Shown here one piece after another: positions 1-11,563 of a stretch of DNA of 64,000 bases (its first letter is position 1; each line of letters opens with the position of its first letter). Below the pieces are notes generated by a model that had not been told where the DNA came from, searched no databases, and was given only the letters and a program-made list of their open reading frames with translations. The stretch lies in NCBI GenBank assembly GCA_039024555.1, contig JBCCQQ010000002.1, positions 128,001-192,000 on the forward strand, in the 5' to 3' direction. A program made the position numbers and the translations under genes. The DNA comes from Cyanobacteria bacterium P01_D01_bin.156. Its GTDB lineage: Bacteria; Cyanobacteriota; Cyanobacteriia; Phormidesmidales; Phormidesmidaceae.

Positions 1-617
1 TTGGGGCTACCCACGAATTAGGAGTTTTTGAAATGGTTTCCCAGGGTCTAGAAGAAGTTCCTAATCCATCAGCCCTGTTTATGGGTAACCGTGATGAACA
101 GGTGCCTGGCATTTCAACCATTGTGGCCTGTGAAGGGTCCCGTCCCCTGGTGGTTGAACTACAGTCGTTAGTAAGTCCCACCAGCTATAGTTCACCCCGA
201 CGATCAGCCACCGGTATTGAATACAACCGACTCTTACAGATTCTGGCGGTGTTGGAAAAACGAGTGGGGATTCCGCTGTCAAAGCTGGATGCCTATGTGG
301 CGTCATCAGGCGGACTGAGTGTGGGGGAACCGGCAGCAGATTTAGGAATTGCTTTGGCAGTGGCGGCTAGTTTTCGCGATCGCATTGTTGATCCAGAGCT
401 TGTCCTCATCGGTGAAGTAGGATTAGGCGGTCAGGTGCGTCCCGTTTCCCAAATAGAACTCCGGCTAAAAGAAGCTGCTAAACTCGGCTTCAAACGGGCC
501 TTGGTTCCGAAAGGTCAAAAAATGCCAGGCTTGCCCATGGAAATTACTGAAGTGGGTCGGGTCGTAGATGCCATTGCAACCGCCCTCGCATTTCAATTTG
601 ATACAGAAGACGAGTAA
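1..617 (+). CDS. radA: DNA repair protein RadA/Sms, C-terminal part (truncated by window start)
   Basis: Frame open from position 3 (GATHELGVFEM...); EGSRPLVVELQSLV, EPAADLGIALAVAASFRD and GEVGLGGQVRPV are RadA Lon-like domain motifs. Confidence 0.95.
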   Translation, partial: GATHELGVFEMVSQGLEEVPNPSALFMGNRDEQVPGISTIVACEGSRPLVVELQSLVSPTSYSSPRRSATGIEYNRLLQILAVLEKRVGIPLSKLDAYVASSGGLSVGEPAADLGIALAVAASFRDRIVDPELVLIGEVGLGGQVRPVSQIELRLKEAAKLGFKRALVPKGQKMPGLPMEITEVGRVVDAIATALAFQFDTEDE

Positions 618-638
618 GGAATTTGCCCTTCTGACCCC

Positions 639-2093
639 ATGACAGCCGTTCTTATAGATTTTTGGCAGCAGCTTAGCCAACTCTTTGACGCCAAACTATT
701 CGAGTTAGGCAACACCACCATCACCTTAAAACTGCTGGTTAGCCTATCCATTTGGTTCACACTCATTTTTTTCACCATCGGCCTAGTCAAGCGTTTTCTA
801 AAACGTCATCTTCTAGCCAGTATCGACCCCAACAACCGCGAAGCGATTGCCACACTTGTCAGCTATGCCGTAGGTGTCATCGCCCTTTTGGTAGCGATTC
901 AATACACCGGCATCAACTTGAGGTCCCTGGGCATTATCTTGGGCGGCTTAGGTGTCGGTATTGGTTTTGGTTTACAGCACATTGCCGATGACTTTATTAG
1001 CGGCCTCATTCTATTGTTCGAGCGCACTCTTAAAGTCAACGATCTGATTGAGCTCGATGACTATCGCTTCCAGGGACTCGTAGGACGCATCGTCGAAGTG
1101 AATCTACGTTCCACCATTATTCGCACCCTTGATGATGGAGATGTCGTTATTCCCAATAGTCAAATCATCAACAATCGTGTCCTCAACTGGAGCCATCGCA
1201 CCTCCGTTGCCCGCCTCAAAATTCCAGTAGGCGTATCCTACGATAGCGATCCTATTTTAGTCACCGAACTCCTACTCAAATCTGCCTACATGGAGCCTAC
1301 CGTCTGCAGCAAACCCATGCCCAAAGCGATGTTTATGGCCTTCGGAGAAGATGCCCTTGAGTTTGAGCTATGGATATGGGTCGATGTGAACAGGCGGTTT
1401 GAAGTCCAAAGCTCCTTGCACTTCAATGTTGAGTACAATTTTCGCCAGCACAACATCGAAATTGCATTTCCCCAGCGGGACGTATGGATTCGTAATTTGC
1501 CACCCCAGGATAACAACAATGAAAATGCACCATTCTTTAATCGACAGCTAGCCTTAAAACATCAACCCACTAACCCGCCACCACCATCCCTCAAGAACAT
1601 GCTCCGTCGAGTTAGCTATTTTGCCAATTTTAGTGATTTAGAAATTCGACAACTGATCGAAATCGGCAGCCGTCAGCACAAGGCAGCAGGCATCATCCTT
1701 TTTCATGAAGGAGAACCTGGAGATTCGTTCTATATCTTGTTGGAAGGCAAAGTTGAAATTCTAGCGGAAAAATTAAATCGTCATTTGGCTATGCTTGAAC
1801 CCGGTCAGTTTTTTGGAGAAGTAGCCTTGCTTTTAGGCGTACCTCGTACTGCAATGGCACGCGTTTCAGAAGATGCCTTGCTGTTTGTTATTAACCAACC
1901 GAGCTTTTCAGACTTACTAAGACGCTACCCTGACCTATCAAATCAAGTTTTGCAGGCTATGGCTCAACATCGAGATGAACTCGCTAAACGCCAGCATGAG
2001 ATGCGGGCCTTAAACCTGGTCGATGCCCTCGAAGATGATGCCAATCCGGTCTTATGGGCAAGAAATCGCCTGAGGCGTATGTTTGATTTATAG
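639..2093 (+). CDS. MscS-family mechanosensitive channel fused to C-terminal cyclic nucleotide-binding domain
   Basis: GLGVGIGFGLQ..DFISGLILLFER MscS motif, IPNSQII, IAFPQRDV; C-terminal LFHEGEPGDSFYILLEG..FFGEVALL..PRTA CNB motif. Confidence 0.9.
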   Translation: MTAVLIDFWQQLSQLFDAKLFELGNTTITLKLLVSLSIWFTLIFFTIGLVKRFLKRHLLASIDPNNREAIATLVSYAVGVIALLVAIQYTGINLRSLGIILGGLGVGIGFGLQHIADDFISGLILLFERTLKVNDLIELDDYRFQGLVGRIVEVNLRSTIIRTLDDGDVVIPNSQIINNRVLNWSHRTSVARLKIPVGVSYDSDPILVTELLLKSAYMEPTVCSKPMPKAMFMAFGEDALEFELWIWVDVNRRFEVQSSLHFNVEYNFRQHNIEIAFPQRDVWIRNLPPQDNNNENAPFFNRQLALKHQPTNPPPPSLKNMLRRVSYFANFSDLEIRQLIEIGSRQHKAAGIILFHEGEPGDSFYILLEGKVEILAEKLNRHLAMLEPGQFFGEVALLLGVPRTAMARVSEDALLFVINQPSFSDLLRRYPDLSNQVLQAMAQHRDELAKRQHEMRALNLVDALEDDANPVLWARNRLRRMFDL

Positions 2094-2094
2094 G

Positions 2095-2595
2095 TTAGCG
2101 ACTGAGTTTCATCTTAGCCCTAACATACCAAGGCCATTGGTGATGTTCTGCAATCAACCACATAACGATACTTGCATGGGCTAGCAGCGTTGCGAATGTC
2201 CAGATCACAGAGAACTGATTCAGACCGCCACTGTCAATGGGGGGGAACATATAGTTAGACAACATCACCAAACCCGCAGGGACACAGGCAATGGCCAGTG
2301 CAAAGCTCCACACAATAGCCGTTAACTTTTCTTCTGCACTGCGATGATGTTTCCAACGAGTCCCAGTCCAAAACCAAACCATTGGCCGAGCCCCATCAAT
2401 CATCTGAATTGACTGGGCATCCAAATTGACGGTAAAAATATGACGACAAAAATTACAAGCAAACGCTTCAGTCAGCGTCAATAACGATAATTCACCATGA
2501 CCACATACTGGACACGCATAAGTGTCGTGGTATTCAAGGGTACGCAGCGTTCTATCACCCGAAATATCGGCAATTATAGGATGCTGGTGACTCAT
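2095..2595 (-). CDS. Hypothetical membrane protein with N-terminal zinc ribbon
   Basis: CPVC...CNFCRH followed by two hydrophobic helices. Confidence 0.7.
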   Translation of the reverse strand: MSHQHPIIADISGDRTLRTLEYHDTYACPVCGHGELSLLTLTEAFACNFCRHIFTVNLDAQSIQMIDGARPMVWFWTGTRWKHHRSAEEKLTAIVWSFALAIACVPAGLVMLSNYMFPPIDSGGLNQFSVIWTFATLLAHASIVMWLIAEHHQWPWYVRAKMKLSR

Positions 2596-2816
2596 AGAAA
2601 CAAAGCATTAGGGGATAACTGTTCCCTAACGTAAAAGGTTTCCCAAGAGCCGGAATCGATTACGCTGCTTTTCTTAATATGACAGCGTCAACACGTAATA
2701 CCCCGTAACACAGGAGTAGCAATTAACGAAGTGCATCTACATAAAACAACCCTTAAAGGCACCCGGATTCGTAGAGATTTCTGTAGTTAAACAAAAGCTC
2801 CAGAAAACCAGAAGCG

Positions 2817-3032
2817 TTACTTACATCCCATGGCTTTAAGCTGCAATAGCAAAGCGTCCGCCTCAGCCTGCAAATGCAAAACTTCAACTTGGATATCAGG
2901 CTGATAAGGATACCGTTTTAGCTCAGCCATATAAATAGTTTTATCCCCCGATGCTGGCTGAGTTTCGCGTTTTACAACGCGGCCACCCGGCTCAGATTCA
3001 ACAATAGCTTTGGTCTCAGAAAAAGTTGTCAT
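2817..3032 (-). CDS. Small hypothetical protein
   Basis: ATG-initiated 71-aa ORF, same strand as neighbours, C-terminal amphipathic helix (EVLHLQAEADALLLQLK). Confidence 0.55.
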   Translation of the reverse strand: MTTFSETKAIVESEPGGRVVKRETQPASGDKTIYMAELKRYPYQPDIQVEVLHLQAEADALLLQLKAMGCK

Positions 3033-3340
3033 AACTATGTCGCTAGTAATATTTACTCAGCGCAGCAGCATGGAAATTTTAACCCAAAAGTTCCATGCAT
3101 TACTTCATCAAAATATACCAATATTTAATCTGTCCCTTCATATTTCCTACCCAAAAAGTATGAATCAACCTAAACGGCCATACGTTCAGGCGCTGAAAAT
3201 TCTTCAAAGCGGACATTTTGCAGCAATCAAACACAATCTAAGCGAGGCATTAGACGCAAATACGCGAGTGCACTCAAAGCAGTCAAGAATGGCCGCAGTT
3301 GCCATTAGAGGGACCGCTCAAACCTCGCTACAACCTACAG

Positions 3341-3829
3341 CTAATCAACGGAAAGGTTATCAGTGTCTGTTTTTTTGGTTATGAGGTCAATGGTATCGCC
3401 GAGTGCCGTTGTCAGATTTTGGCGTGTTTCTTCGTGGGCAGCCTGTTCGACCTTGAGCGCGCTAGCAAGTTGGTCGCATTGAATTAAGGATTCTGATAGC
3501 TGCGATCGCAGCTCCTCCAATGAATCCACTTGACTCACTTGAGCCAACACATCTTGTAAATTCTGAGGTGTATTCCCTTTACCGATCGAGGGAGACTGTT
3601 TCAAGAGCTCTAGCTCATTGGCCAAGGCCCGAATCCGTAGCTGACTTTTATCTGAATCATTCCGACGCTGTTCAGCTTCAGCCTCATATAAGCGACGCCA
3701 GTTAGCCGCACTCGCATAGGCCTGATCTCGTTCTTGACCAAGGGTTTGTAACTGCTGCCGTAATGATTGAATCTCTACTAGCCACTGAGATACGTCGTTG
3801 ACCATGGGCACTGTCTGCAACAAGGGCAT
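3341..3829 (-). CDS. Coiled-coil hypothetical protein
   Basis: Heptad Q/E/L-rich 162-aa ORF downstream of the atp operon. Confidence 0.7.
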   Translation of the reverse strand: MPLLQTVPMVNDVSQWLVEIQSLRQQLQTLGQERDQAYASAANWRRLYEAEAEQRRNDSDKSQLRIRALANELELLKQSPSIGKGNTPQNLQDVLAQVSQVDSLEELRSQLSESLIQCDQLASALKVEQAAHEETRQNLTTALGDTIDLITKKTDTDNLSVD

Positions 3830-3907
3830 TTACTTTAGAGTTCAGGATATAGCCTTTTTTCAAAAAGTAAAAATTTGGATATCCCGCACCAGACCAAACA
3901 ATCCGAT

Positions 3908-3936
3908 AAAAAAAGACAGTGCTATGGCACTGCCTT
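3908..3936 (-). terminator. Intrinsic terminator of the atp operon
   Basis: Minus strand AAGGCAGTGC-CATA-GCACTGTCTT followed by T-run, just after the gamma-subunit stop. Confidence 0.75.
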
Positions 3937-3974
3937 AAAGTATGGGGTTAGAACTGAGAGCAACTCAATTTCAA

Positions 3975-4919
3975 TTAGCCGAGGGCAGCTGCACCACCTA
4001 CAACCTCAAGAATCTCCTGAGTAATTGCCGCCTGACGGGCCTTGTTGTAGTCAAGCGTTAGAGTCTTCACTAGCTCACTGGCGTTATCACTCGCATTATT
4101 CATAGCCGTCATCCGCGCAGCAAGTTCACTAGCAGCTGACTCCTGAAGAGCACGCAAGATTTGGTTGTTAAGATACAGAGGCAATAGAGCATCCAAAATT
4201 TGAACAGGATCCTGCTCAAAAATCATGTCTTGGGGTAACTGCTTCTGCTCAGTCTCAACAGCATTTCTCTCCACTTGGAAATGGCCACCACGGCTAGTTA
4301 AACGGAAAACTTCATCTTCCTTATCTAAACCTTCAGGGTCCAAAGGTAGGAGAGTCTGAGTCACTGGACGAGAACTCACCAAAGAAAGGAACTTAGTAAA
4401 GATTAGCTCTACCCGATCCACCTCTTCCGACAAGAACAGGGATAGGGCTTGATCCGCAATCTTAGATGCCTCTTCTGCAGTAGGAATTTGCTCCAAGCTA
4501 TCAAACGTAGAGTCGATAGGATAATCACGATTCTGAAAATACTGAATCGCTTTACGACCAATTAACACCATTTGATAACCGATGCCCGCAGCCTTTAGCT
4601 CCTTAGCACGGTTCTCAGCACGGCGAATAATGTTGGCATTGTAGCCACCACATAAGCCGCGATCAGCAGAAATAACCACTAAACCCACATTCTTTACTTC
4701 ACGCTGCTGAAGCAAAGGCAGGTTTGCATCTTCAAACTTAAGACGAGTCTGAAGACCGTAAAATACCTGAGCTAATCGATCTGCAAACGGGCGAGTAGCT
4801 TCTACCTGCTCCTGGGCGCGACGGACCTTAGCCGCTGCCACCAGACGCATTGCTTCGGTAATCTTACGAGTATTTTTGACCGACTTAATGCGGTCACGAA
4901 TTAATTTGAGATTAGGCAT
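3975..4919 (-). CDS. atpG: ATP synthase F1 gamma subunit (atpC in cyanobacterial nomenclature)
   Basis: [58 protein letters not shown]. Confidence 0.98.
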   Translation of the reverse strand: MPNLKLIRDRIKSVKNTRKITEAMRLVAAAKVRRAQEQVEATRPFADRLAQVFYGLQTRLKFEDANLPLLQQREVKNVGLVVISADRGLCGGYNANIIRRAENRAKELKAAGIGYQMVLIGRKAIQYFQNRDYPIDSTFDSLEQIPTAEEASKIADQALSLFLSEEVDRVELIFTKFLSLVSSRPVTQTLLPLDPEGLDKEDEVFRLTSRGGHFQVERNAVETEQKQLPQDMIFEQDPVQILDALLPLYLNNQILRALQESAASELAARMTAMNNASDNASELVKTLTLDYNKARQAAITQEILEVVGGAAALG

Positions 4920-4932
4920 ATGCGTTTTTCAA

Positions 4933-4975
4933 GCCCAATCGTTCAGGAAACAATATTGTTCCTGAACGATTGGGC
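4933..4975. repeat. Near-perfect 43-bp palindrome between atpA and gamma gene
   Basis: GCCCAATCGTTCAGGAA(A)CAAT|ATTGTTCCTGAACGATTGGGC, one unpaired A. Confidence 0.9.
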
Positions 4976-4986
4976 CAGTCTCCCTC

Positions 4987-6501
4987 CTATGCGGCCATGA
5001 AGGACTGCTTGCATTCAGCAATCGCTTCGCCAGCCAGTTCCTTAACCTTGTCAGTGAGCTTCTTACCTTCGTTGATTTCCTTAACCAACTCGGGCTTGCT
5101 GGTGTTGATGTAGTTACAAAGCTCTACCACCAGAGGAGCGACCTTATTAACGGGTACGTCATCAAACAAGCCGTTGATACCGCCGTATACGATAGTTACC
5201 TGCTCATGCAAAGCACGAGGAGAATATTGAGACTGCTTAAGCAGTTCTCGCAATCTGACACCACGCGCTAGCTGTGCTTGAGTGGCAGCATCCAGGTCAG
5301 AGGCAAACTGAGCAAATGCCTGCAGTTCGTCAAACTGAGCCAGTTCCAGCTTCAGCTTACCGGCAACCTTCTTCATTACTTTGGTTTGAGCTGCACCACC
5401 TACACGGGATACAGAAATACCAGCGTTGATGGCAGGACGCAGACCCGAGTTAAACAAGTCAGAAGACAAGAAAATCTGACCGTCGGTAATGGAAATTACG
5501 TTAGTAGGAATATACGCGGAAACGTCACCTGCCTGAGTTTCAATGATTGGCAATGCAGTCATACTACCTTCACCCAACTCAGGGCTTAGCTTAGCTGCAC
5601 GCTCTAGCAGACGAGAGTGAATGAAGAATACGTCTCCAGGATATGCTTCACGACCGGGTGGACGACGCAGCAGCAAGGACATTTGCCGATAAGCCTGAGC
5701 TTGCTTGGACAGGTCATCATAGATTACTAATGTCGCCTTGCCCTGGTACATAAAGTACTCAGCAATGGATGCACCAGTGTAGGGAGCCAAGAACTGTAGG
5801 GGGGCAGGCTCGTTAGCGTTAGCGGCTACCACTACAGTGTAATCAAGGGCACCACGCTCTTCAAGAACGCTGACCACCTGAGCTACAGAAGCTGCTTTCT
5901 GACCAACGGCAACATAAACGCAAATAACGTCTTGATCAGCCTGGTTCAAAATGGTGTCAATTGCGATCGCAGTTTTACCAGTTTGACGGTCACCAATAAT
6001 CAGCTCGCGCTGACCACGACCAACGGGAATCATCGCATCAATTGCAGTAATACCAGTCTGCATAGGCTCATACACAGACTTACGCTCAATGATGCCAGGT
6101 GCAGGTGCTTCCAGAAGACGACTAGTAGTAGTCGCAATGTCACCCTTGCCATCTATAGGCCGAGCAAGCGCATCAACCACGCGGCCAAGCATAGCGTCAC
6201 CCACGGGCACTTCAGCAATCTTGCCAGTAGACTTCACAGAACTACCTTCTTTCAGCTTGCGACCATCACCCATAAGTACCGCACCCACATTATCCTCTTC
6301 AAGGTTGAGGGCGATGCCGATGGTGCCATCTTCAAATTCAAGCAGCTCACTAGCCATTGCTTGTTCCAAACCGTAGATGCGAGCAATCCCGTCACCTACT
6401 TGCAGCACAGTACCCACGTTGGATACCTTGACATCCTGGTCATACTGCTCAATCTGCTGCTTAATAATGCTACTGATTTCGTCAGGTCTGATGCTTACCA
6501 T
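4987..6501 (-). CDS. atpA: ATP synthase F1 alpha subunit
   Basis: GDRQTGKT Walker [22 protein letters not shown]. Confidence 0.99.
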   Translation of the reverse strand: MVSIRPDEISSIIKQQIEQYDQDVKVSNVGTVLQVGDGIARIYGLEQAMASELLEFEDGTIGIALNLEEDNVGAVLMGDGRKLKEGSSVKSTGKIAEVPVGDAMLGRVVDALARPIDGKGDIATTTSRLLEAPAPGIIERKSVYEPMQTGITAIDAMIPVGRGQRELIIGDRQTGKTAIAIDTILNQADQDVICVYVAVGQKAASVAQVVSVLEERGALDYTVVVAANANEPAPLQFLAPYTGASIAEYFMYQGKATLVIYDDLSKQAQAYRQMSLLLRRPPGREAYPGDVFFIHSRLLERAAKLSPELGEGSMTALPIIETQAGDVSAYIPTNVISITDGQIFLSSDLFNSGLRPAINAGISVSRVGGAAQTKVMKKVAGKLKLELAQFDELQAFAQFASDLDAATQAQLARGVRLRELLKQSQYSPRALHEQVTIVYGGINGLFDDVPVNKVAPLVVELCNYINTSKPELVKEINEGKKLTDKVKELAGEAIAECKQSFMAA

Positions 6502-6629
6502 TGGAGTTGCTCTATTAACTCAGATATCAACAAAAAATCAATTAATCAAAATAGCCAAATTAAAGACGTAGCTTCAAACTTGACTGCGACGGAGACACTC
6601 CCCATACAAGGACACCCCATAGCGATTCA

Positions 6630-7184
6630 CTAGGCGAGGCCCAGCTGCATACCAATCCGCCGTAACTGTCCACGCAAACTGGCATCAACCACCTGTGAAC
6701 CAACTTTGATGATGACACCGCCCAAGAGGCTATCATCCAGACTGGTACTCAGCTCAACAGCCTTGGCACCGGTCATGGCAATCACCCTCTGACATACCGA
6801 ATCTCTTTGAGAATCAGACAGTTGTACAGCGGATACAACCTCAGCTAAAACAGTCTGATTGACATCTCTAACCAAAGACCGATATTGCTCCAAAATTGGC
6901 GACATCAAAGAAGCACGACCGCGATCTACAAGCAGTTGGAGGAAATTGAGGAAGTTGGCGTTAGCAGACTCGCCCAAAACTCGCTTGATAGTGCCCTTCT
7001 TGGCATCAGGAGAAACAATCGGACTAGCTAAAAAATCAACTAGCTCTTGAGACTCCTCTAACAAACCCATCAGTCCCTGAGCAAGGGAATTCACCTCATC
7101 GGTTGTGCCACTATCCTGGGTCAGAGACAAAAGCGCACGAGCATAGGGCTCAGCAATTTCGCTAGTAACAATTTTAGAATTCAT
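6630..7184 (-). CDS. atpH: ATP synthase F1 delta subunit (atpD in cyanobacterial nomenclature)
   Basis: IAEPYARAL; LLGGVIIKVGSQVVDASLRGQL; operon position. Confidence 0.96.
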   Translation of the reverse strand: MNSKIVTSEIAEPYARALLSLTQDSGTTDEVNSLAQGLMGLLEESQELVDFLASPIVSPDAKKGTIKRVLGESANANFLNFLQLLVDRGRASLMSPILEQYRSLVRDVNQTVLAEVVSAVQLSDSQRDSVCQRVIAMTGAKAVELSTSLDDSLLGGVIIKVGSQVVDASLRGQLRRIGMQLGLA

Positions 7185-7705
7185 GACTTACCTCCAAGCA
7201 GGGCAATACTTTGGTCGACCAACTTAGATTGCACATCCCCAGTCAATGCACCAGGTAAATTCGCTTCCACGCGGTCCAAAGCCATGGATGCAACACGCTG
7301 TTTGAGCTCGCGCAAAACTCGCTCCTGCTGGGTAGACAAGTCCTGCTGTGCAGATGCCTTCATCCGCTCAACATCTTTGTCGGCTTGGGCCAAAACAGCA
7401 ACACGTACTCTTTCGGCATTGTCACGGGCTTCCGCTTTAATACGCTCGCCCTCAGCCTGAGCTTCCTGCAACTGCTTTTGCTGCTCTGCCAAACCCAAGG
7501 CAGCCTTCTTCTGACGAGACTCAGCGTCCTTTATAGCAGTCTCAATTGAATTACGTCGCTCTGACAAGATTTTGCCAAAAAAGCTACCGCCAAAGTAAAC
7601 GAGTACGCCAATAATAATGACGAGATTAATTATGTTTGTCTCCAGAATGTCAAGGTTGAGACCAAAACCACCTTCTTCTGAAGCAAGCAACCAAATTGTC
7701 TCCAT
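7181..7705 (-). CDS. atpF: ATP synthase F0 subunit b
   Basis: GFGLNLDILETNIINLVIIIGVLVYFG; start placed at the ATG after GGAG (7705; 7714 alternative). Confidence 0.95.
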   Translation of the reverse strand: METIWLLASEEGGFGLNLDILETNIINLVIIIGVLVYFGGSFFGKILSERRNSIETAIKDAESRQKKAALGLAEQQKQLQEAQAEGERIKAEARDNAERVRVAVLAQADKDVERMKASAQQDLSTQQERVLRELKQRVASMALDRVEANLPGALTGDVQSKLVDQSIALLGGKS

Positions 7706-7800
7706 ATGCTCCATCCCACACTGCGCTTGGCAACCGGTCAACCACCAGCAGCACTTATAACTCATGAACCAGAGCGTACATAGGCACGCTCATTCACCCC

Positions 7801-8286
7801 CTATGCAGCGGCCCCTAAAAGCTTGCTCATAATCTGCTGACTCAAGGTGTCAACCTGCTGCTCTAAAGCAGTTAAGGCTGACTGCTTCTGAGCATCAAGC
7901 TCTTTCTGAACAGCCTCACGCTTCGCCTGAGCCTCTTGCTGAGCAGATGCCACTGTCTGAGCACCTATTTTTTGAGCCTCAGTCTGAGCCTCTTCAACAA
8001 TTTGCTTTGCCTCTAACCTTGCACTTGCAAGGGCTTGCTCGTACTCGTCCGCTAGCTTCTTAGCTTTAACAAGACGCTCTTCAGCATCAGCAATAGTAGA
8101 ACGGACATAGCCATCACGCTCATCAATCGCCTTACCAAGAGGCTTGTAAAAAACAGCATTTAAAACAATAGCCAGCAATACAAACTGTATGGCCATCAGA
8201 GGCAACGTTGCATCCAGGTCAAATAGACCGCCAGCTTCTTCAGCTGCAGCTTCGACAGCAAACAGCACTACACCAGTTATCATCAC
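7801..8286 (-). CDS. atpF2: ATP synthase F0 subunit b' (atpG in cyanobacterial nomenclature)
   Basis: [39 protein letters not shown]. Confidence 0.95.
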   Translation of the reverse strand: MMITGVVLFAVEAAAEEAGGLFDLDATLPLMAIQFVLLAIVLNAVFYKPLGKAIDERDGYVRSTIADAEERLVKAKKLADEYEQALASARLEAKQIVEEAQTEAQKIGAQTVASAQQEAQAKREAVQKELDAQKQSALTALEQQVDTLSQQIMSKLLGAAA

Positions 8287-8473
8287 GTTCTATGCTCAAA
8301 TGTTCCGGGACTGCTACACGAAAAAAGATGCCACCCTGAAAATCAGACTTCAAAGAAGATTTTTCAAACATCCAAACAGAAAAATGTGAAAAACCTTGGA
8401 GAAGCCGATAAACGAAAGTGACAAGATGCAAGGGAGACGCTTGCAAAAAGTATCTCCCTCACCTCAAAGTCCC

Positions 8474-8791
<318 letters not shown>

Positions 8792-8883
8792 TCAGAACCG
8801 TCAGAAGCTAGTTCAGTCTCCTAGCCCTAACCAAGCAGGAGATGACCCAACGTCAAATCCCAACTGAATAGCCTCCTAGAAGA

Positions 8884-9630
8884 CTATCCATGCTCTTCTC
8901 CACCATGCCCCTCGATGGCCTCACCAATGTAGGCAGCCGCCAAGGTAGCAAAAATCAATGCTTGAATCGCACTCGTAAACAACCCCAACAGCATGACTGG
9001 GAGGGGAACGAACAAAGGCACTAACAAAACAAGCACCGCCACAACAAGTTCATCCGCCAAGATATTTCCAAATAGACGAAAACTTAGCGAAAGGGGCTTG
9101 GTGAAATCTTCAAGAACGTTGATCGGCAGCAGAATCGGAGTAGGCTCAATATACTTCGCGAAATAGCCCAATCCTCTCTCCTTAAAGCCTGCATAAAAAT
9201 AGGCTAAAGAAGTCAGCAACGCCAATGCAACGGTCGTATTAATATCGTTTGTTGGAGCAGCTAATTCACTGGCTGGAATGTGCAACAACTTCCAGGGCAT
9301 CAATGCCCCTGACCAGTTAGAAACGAAGATGAATAAAAACAGCGTTCCCACAAAAGGAACCCAGGGCCGATATTCCTTCTCTCCAATTTGGTCCTTTGCG
9401 AGGTCTCGAATAAATTCAAGGGCATACTCCATAAGGTTTTGTAACCCAGAAGGAATACGTTGAACCTTGCTAGAGGCTAATGCTGAAACCAAAATCAATA
9501 TAGCCGCAACAAACCAAGTAGTAAGAAATACTTGACCGTGGACCTTAATACCACCAAAGTGCCAGTACCAATGCTGACCAACTTCCAGCTCGGCCAGTAG
9601 TGAAAATGGAAAATTAAATGCGTTTAACAT
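8884..9630 (-). CDS. atpB: ATP synthase F0 subunit a
   Basis: [43 protein letters not shown]. Confidence 0.98.
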   Translation of the reverse strand: MLNAFNFPFSLLAELEVGQHWYWHFGGIKVHGQVFLTTWFVAAILILVSALASSKVQRIPSGLQNLMEYALEFIRDLAKDQIGEKEYRPWVPFVGTLFLFIFVSNWSGALMPWKLLHIPASELAAPTNDINTTVALALLTSLAYFYAGFKERGLGYFAKYIEPTPILLPINVLEDFTKPLSLSFRLFGNILADELVVAVLVLLVPLFVPLPVMLLGLFTSAIQALIFATLAAAYIGEAIEGHGGEEHG

Positions 9631-9687
9631 CTCCGTCCAGAATCTTAATTTTTTTCGCAGATGCTCACAGAAATACTGAAATTGCCC

Positions 9688-10140
9688 TTATCCTTTGATC
9701 ATCGATTCAGGTAGAACTGATGTCCAAAGGGTGTAAGCAATTAGTGCAGCCTTATAGGTTAGGAAGCCTAGAAAAACCGGCATAATCTCTAACTGTTGGT
9801 ACTGAGTTGCAAATACAATCAGCCCCATAAATACAGCCAGTCGACCACTACCCAGCTTGGTACGCTCGCGCCCTATTTTGGCAACGCTTTTCGCCAGCAT
9901 TCTTAAGTAAACCACACCGACGCACGCTCCTAGCAAATAATTCAGAGCAATGTGTCTGGAGTAAGCAAGCCAAACAGAGATGAAGATGAAAGCAGTAAAC
10001 CCTAACGTTGTCATCAACAAATTTTGTTGAAGTCTAAAATACTCACCCATTGCCTGATCGGAGGCTGGGGGTAGCTCTATAGGTTCATCTACCAGCTCAT
10101 CATTAGGTTGGGCCTCAGAGGCTTCCTCAGACGAAGTCAC
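9688..10140 (-). CDS. atpI: ATP synthase protein I (Atp1)
   Basis: First gene of operon, four TM helices, NYLLGACVGVVYLRMLA, FLGFLTYKAA; GTG start at 10140 inferred. Confidence 0.88.
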   Translation of the reverse strand: MTSSEEASEAQPNDELVDEPIELPPASDQAMGEYFRLQQNLLMTTLGFTAFIFISVWLAYSRHIALNYLLGACVGVVYLRMLAKSVAKIGRERTKLGSGRLAVFMGLIVFATQYQQLEIMPVFLGFLTYKAALIAYTLWTSVLPESMIKG

Positions 10141-10267
10141 AAGAATCTTAAAATGTAGAAGCCATATCTTGGGCCGTGACCTAACTACATGTAGCGTCAA
10201 GGCTCAAGACATGGCCAATCATATCACGGCATTAATACCTATTGGTGAGCTTTAGCGCGAACAGTCA

Positions 10268-11485
10268 CTATGTGTCGTCAGGGTTTCTAGGCGACAGCAC
10301 TATTAGCTGTCGCTTCTGGAGCGAGCGCACATCATCAAGGGTAAGCTCCGTATCCTTGACAAGTTCCGCCACGGTTGGGCCTTCTACAGTGTCGGGTTCT
10401 GCACAATCAGCCAGAAATTTATACTCTGCATCAGTCACAGTAGCTAACTGATAGTCATAGTCAAAAAAGCTCCTAGCAGGCCAGCCCGACATACAAGCAT
10501 GACGGCTAGGAACAGCTGCCATCAGTTCCGCTGGATCGGCCCAATCACTATCGGGTAATGGGGGACGTGAAAGGAAAAATTCATAGTGAGTTAATTCGGG
10601 ATCTAGTAATTCAATTAGTCGGTACTGCTCACGGACATTCAAGGTTTTAGCACGAGCCATTACATCCTCTGACTGGCCTACCAAGCGTTCGAGACTCCAG
10701 TAGCGAGGATTCGAAAAACCGACAAAATCTAACCCAGACGCATCAATTAACTCAAACAGGGTGTCAACGGTATAGTCCACTTCTTGGGGATGAACATACA
10801 TGTCAGCAAAACATTCATCCTGATGATTTTCTAATGCCCAACGCTGCTTGTCCCGTTGCACAATTCGGTTATTCTCCGGCAGCGCTGCAAACAGCTGTCG
10901 TCCCACATGAACCCCGTCGCGATAATCTCCTCGACGATCTCCTTGCAACATAGCAATTGCCTGCTGCATGAGAGAGATCTCCCAACGCCCCAACGCAGCG
11001 TAGACAAATATGTGCAGTAAGCCGCCGGGCGCTAACTTAGTCGCCAGAGCCTGAATTCCTCTAATTGGATCTGGCATGTGGTGCAAGACACCCACACAGT
11101 TGATCAGGTCATATTGCCCCTCTAGCTGAGCCACATCATAAATGCTCAGCTGCTGAAACTGCACCCGCTCAGCTCCCGAACGCTGACACCGCTCCTTGGC
11201 AACGGCTAGGGTACCGGCACTTAAATCAATTCCGGTCACCTGAGCCTCAGGATTAAGATGGGCCAGGTATTCAGTCCCCACCCCTGAACCACAGCCTGCA
11301 TCTAAGATGGTGATATCTCTGCGTTCGGGAGCACGCCCCGTGCAAAAACTGTAGGCTGATGGCCAATGCCAACGCCAGTTATAGCCTGGCGGCGGCTCAT
11401 CAATTAAGGGTTCTGGTGGAAATGGGTAGGTGTCATACAGTTTGGCTACCGCTGCGCTAACGGCAGCCTCATTCTCAGAAGTCAT
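10268..11485 (-). CDS. Class I SAM-dependent methyltransferase
   Basis: ILDAGCGSG motif I; GIDLS; INCVGVLHH; start uncertain (11485 or 11506). Confidence 0.9.
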   Translation of the reverse strand: MTSENEAAVSAAVAKLYDTYPFPPEPLIDEPPPGYNWRWHWPSAYSFCTGRAPERRDITILDAGCGSGVGTEYLAHLNPEAQVTGIDLSAGTLAVAKERCQRSGAERVQFQQLSIYDVAQLEGQYDLINCVGVLHHMPDPIRGIQALATKLAPGGLLHIFVYAALGRWEISLMQQAIAMLQGDRRGDYRDGVHVGRQLFAALPENNRIVQRDKQRWALENHQDECFADMYVHPQEVDYTVDTLFELIDASGLDFVGFSNPRYWSLERLVGQSEDVMARAKTLNVREQYRLIELLDPELTHYEFFLSRPPLPDSDWADPAELMAAVPSRHACMSGWPARSFFDYDYQLATVTDAEYKFLADCAEPDTVEGPTVAELVKDTELTLDDVRSLQKRQLIVLSPRNPDDT

Positions 11486-11545
11486 GGGAAATATGAGGAA
11501 ACTCAATGCTTGCCTTTCTCAAGACTGCCATCTTTTGAGAAAGGC

Positions 11546-11563
11546 TTCGTAAACTCAAGTAAC
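11546..11563 (-). promoter_or_regulatory. Possible HLR1 (RpaB) direct repeat upstream of apcE
   Basis: Reverse complement GTTACTTG-AG-TTTACGAA resembles (G/T)TTACA(T/A)(T/A)-NN repeat. Confidence 0.35.

Noticed and set aside
3010..3384. 124-aa plus-strand ORF
   Set aside because: TTG start, overlaps both minus-strand neighbours, no protein-like motif
5278..6633. Long plus-strand ORFs (103, 233, 95 aa) opposite atpA
   Set aside because: Antisense shadows of a highly codon-biased gene
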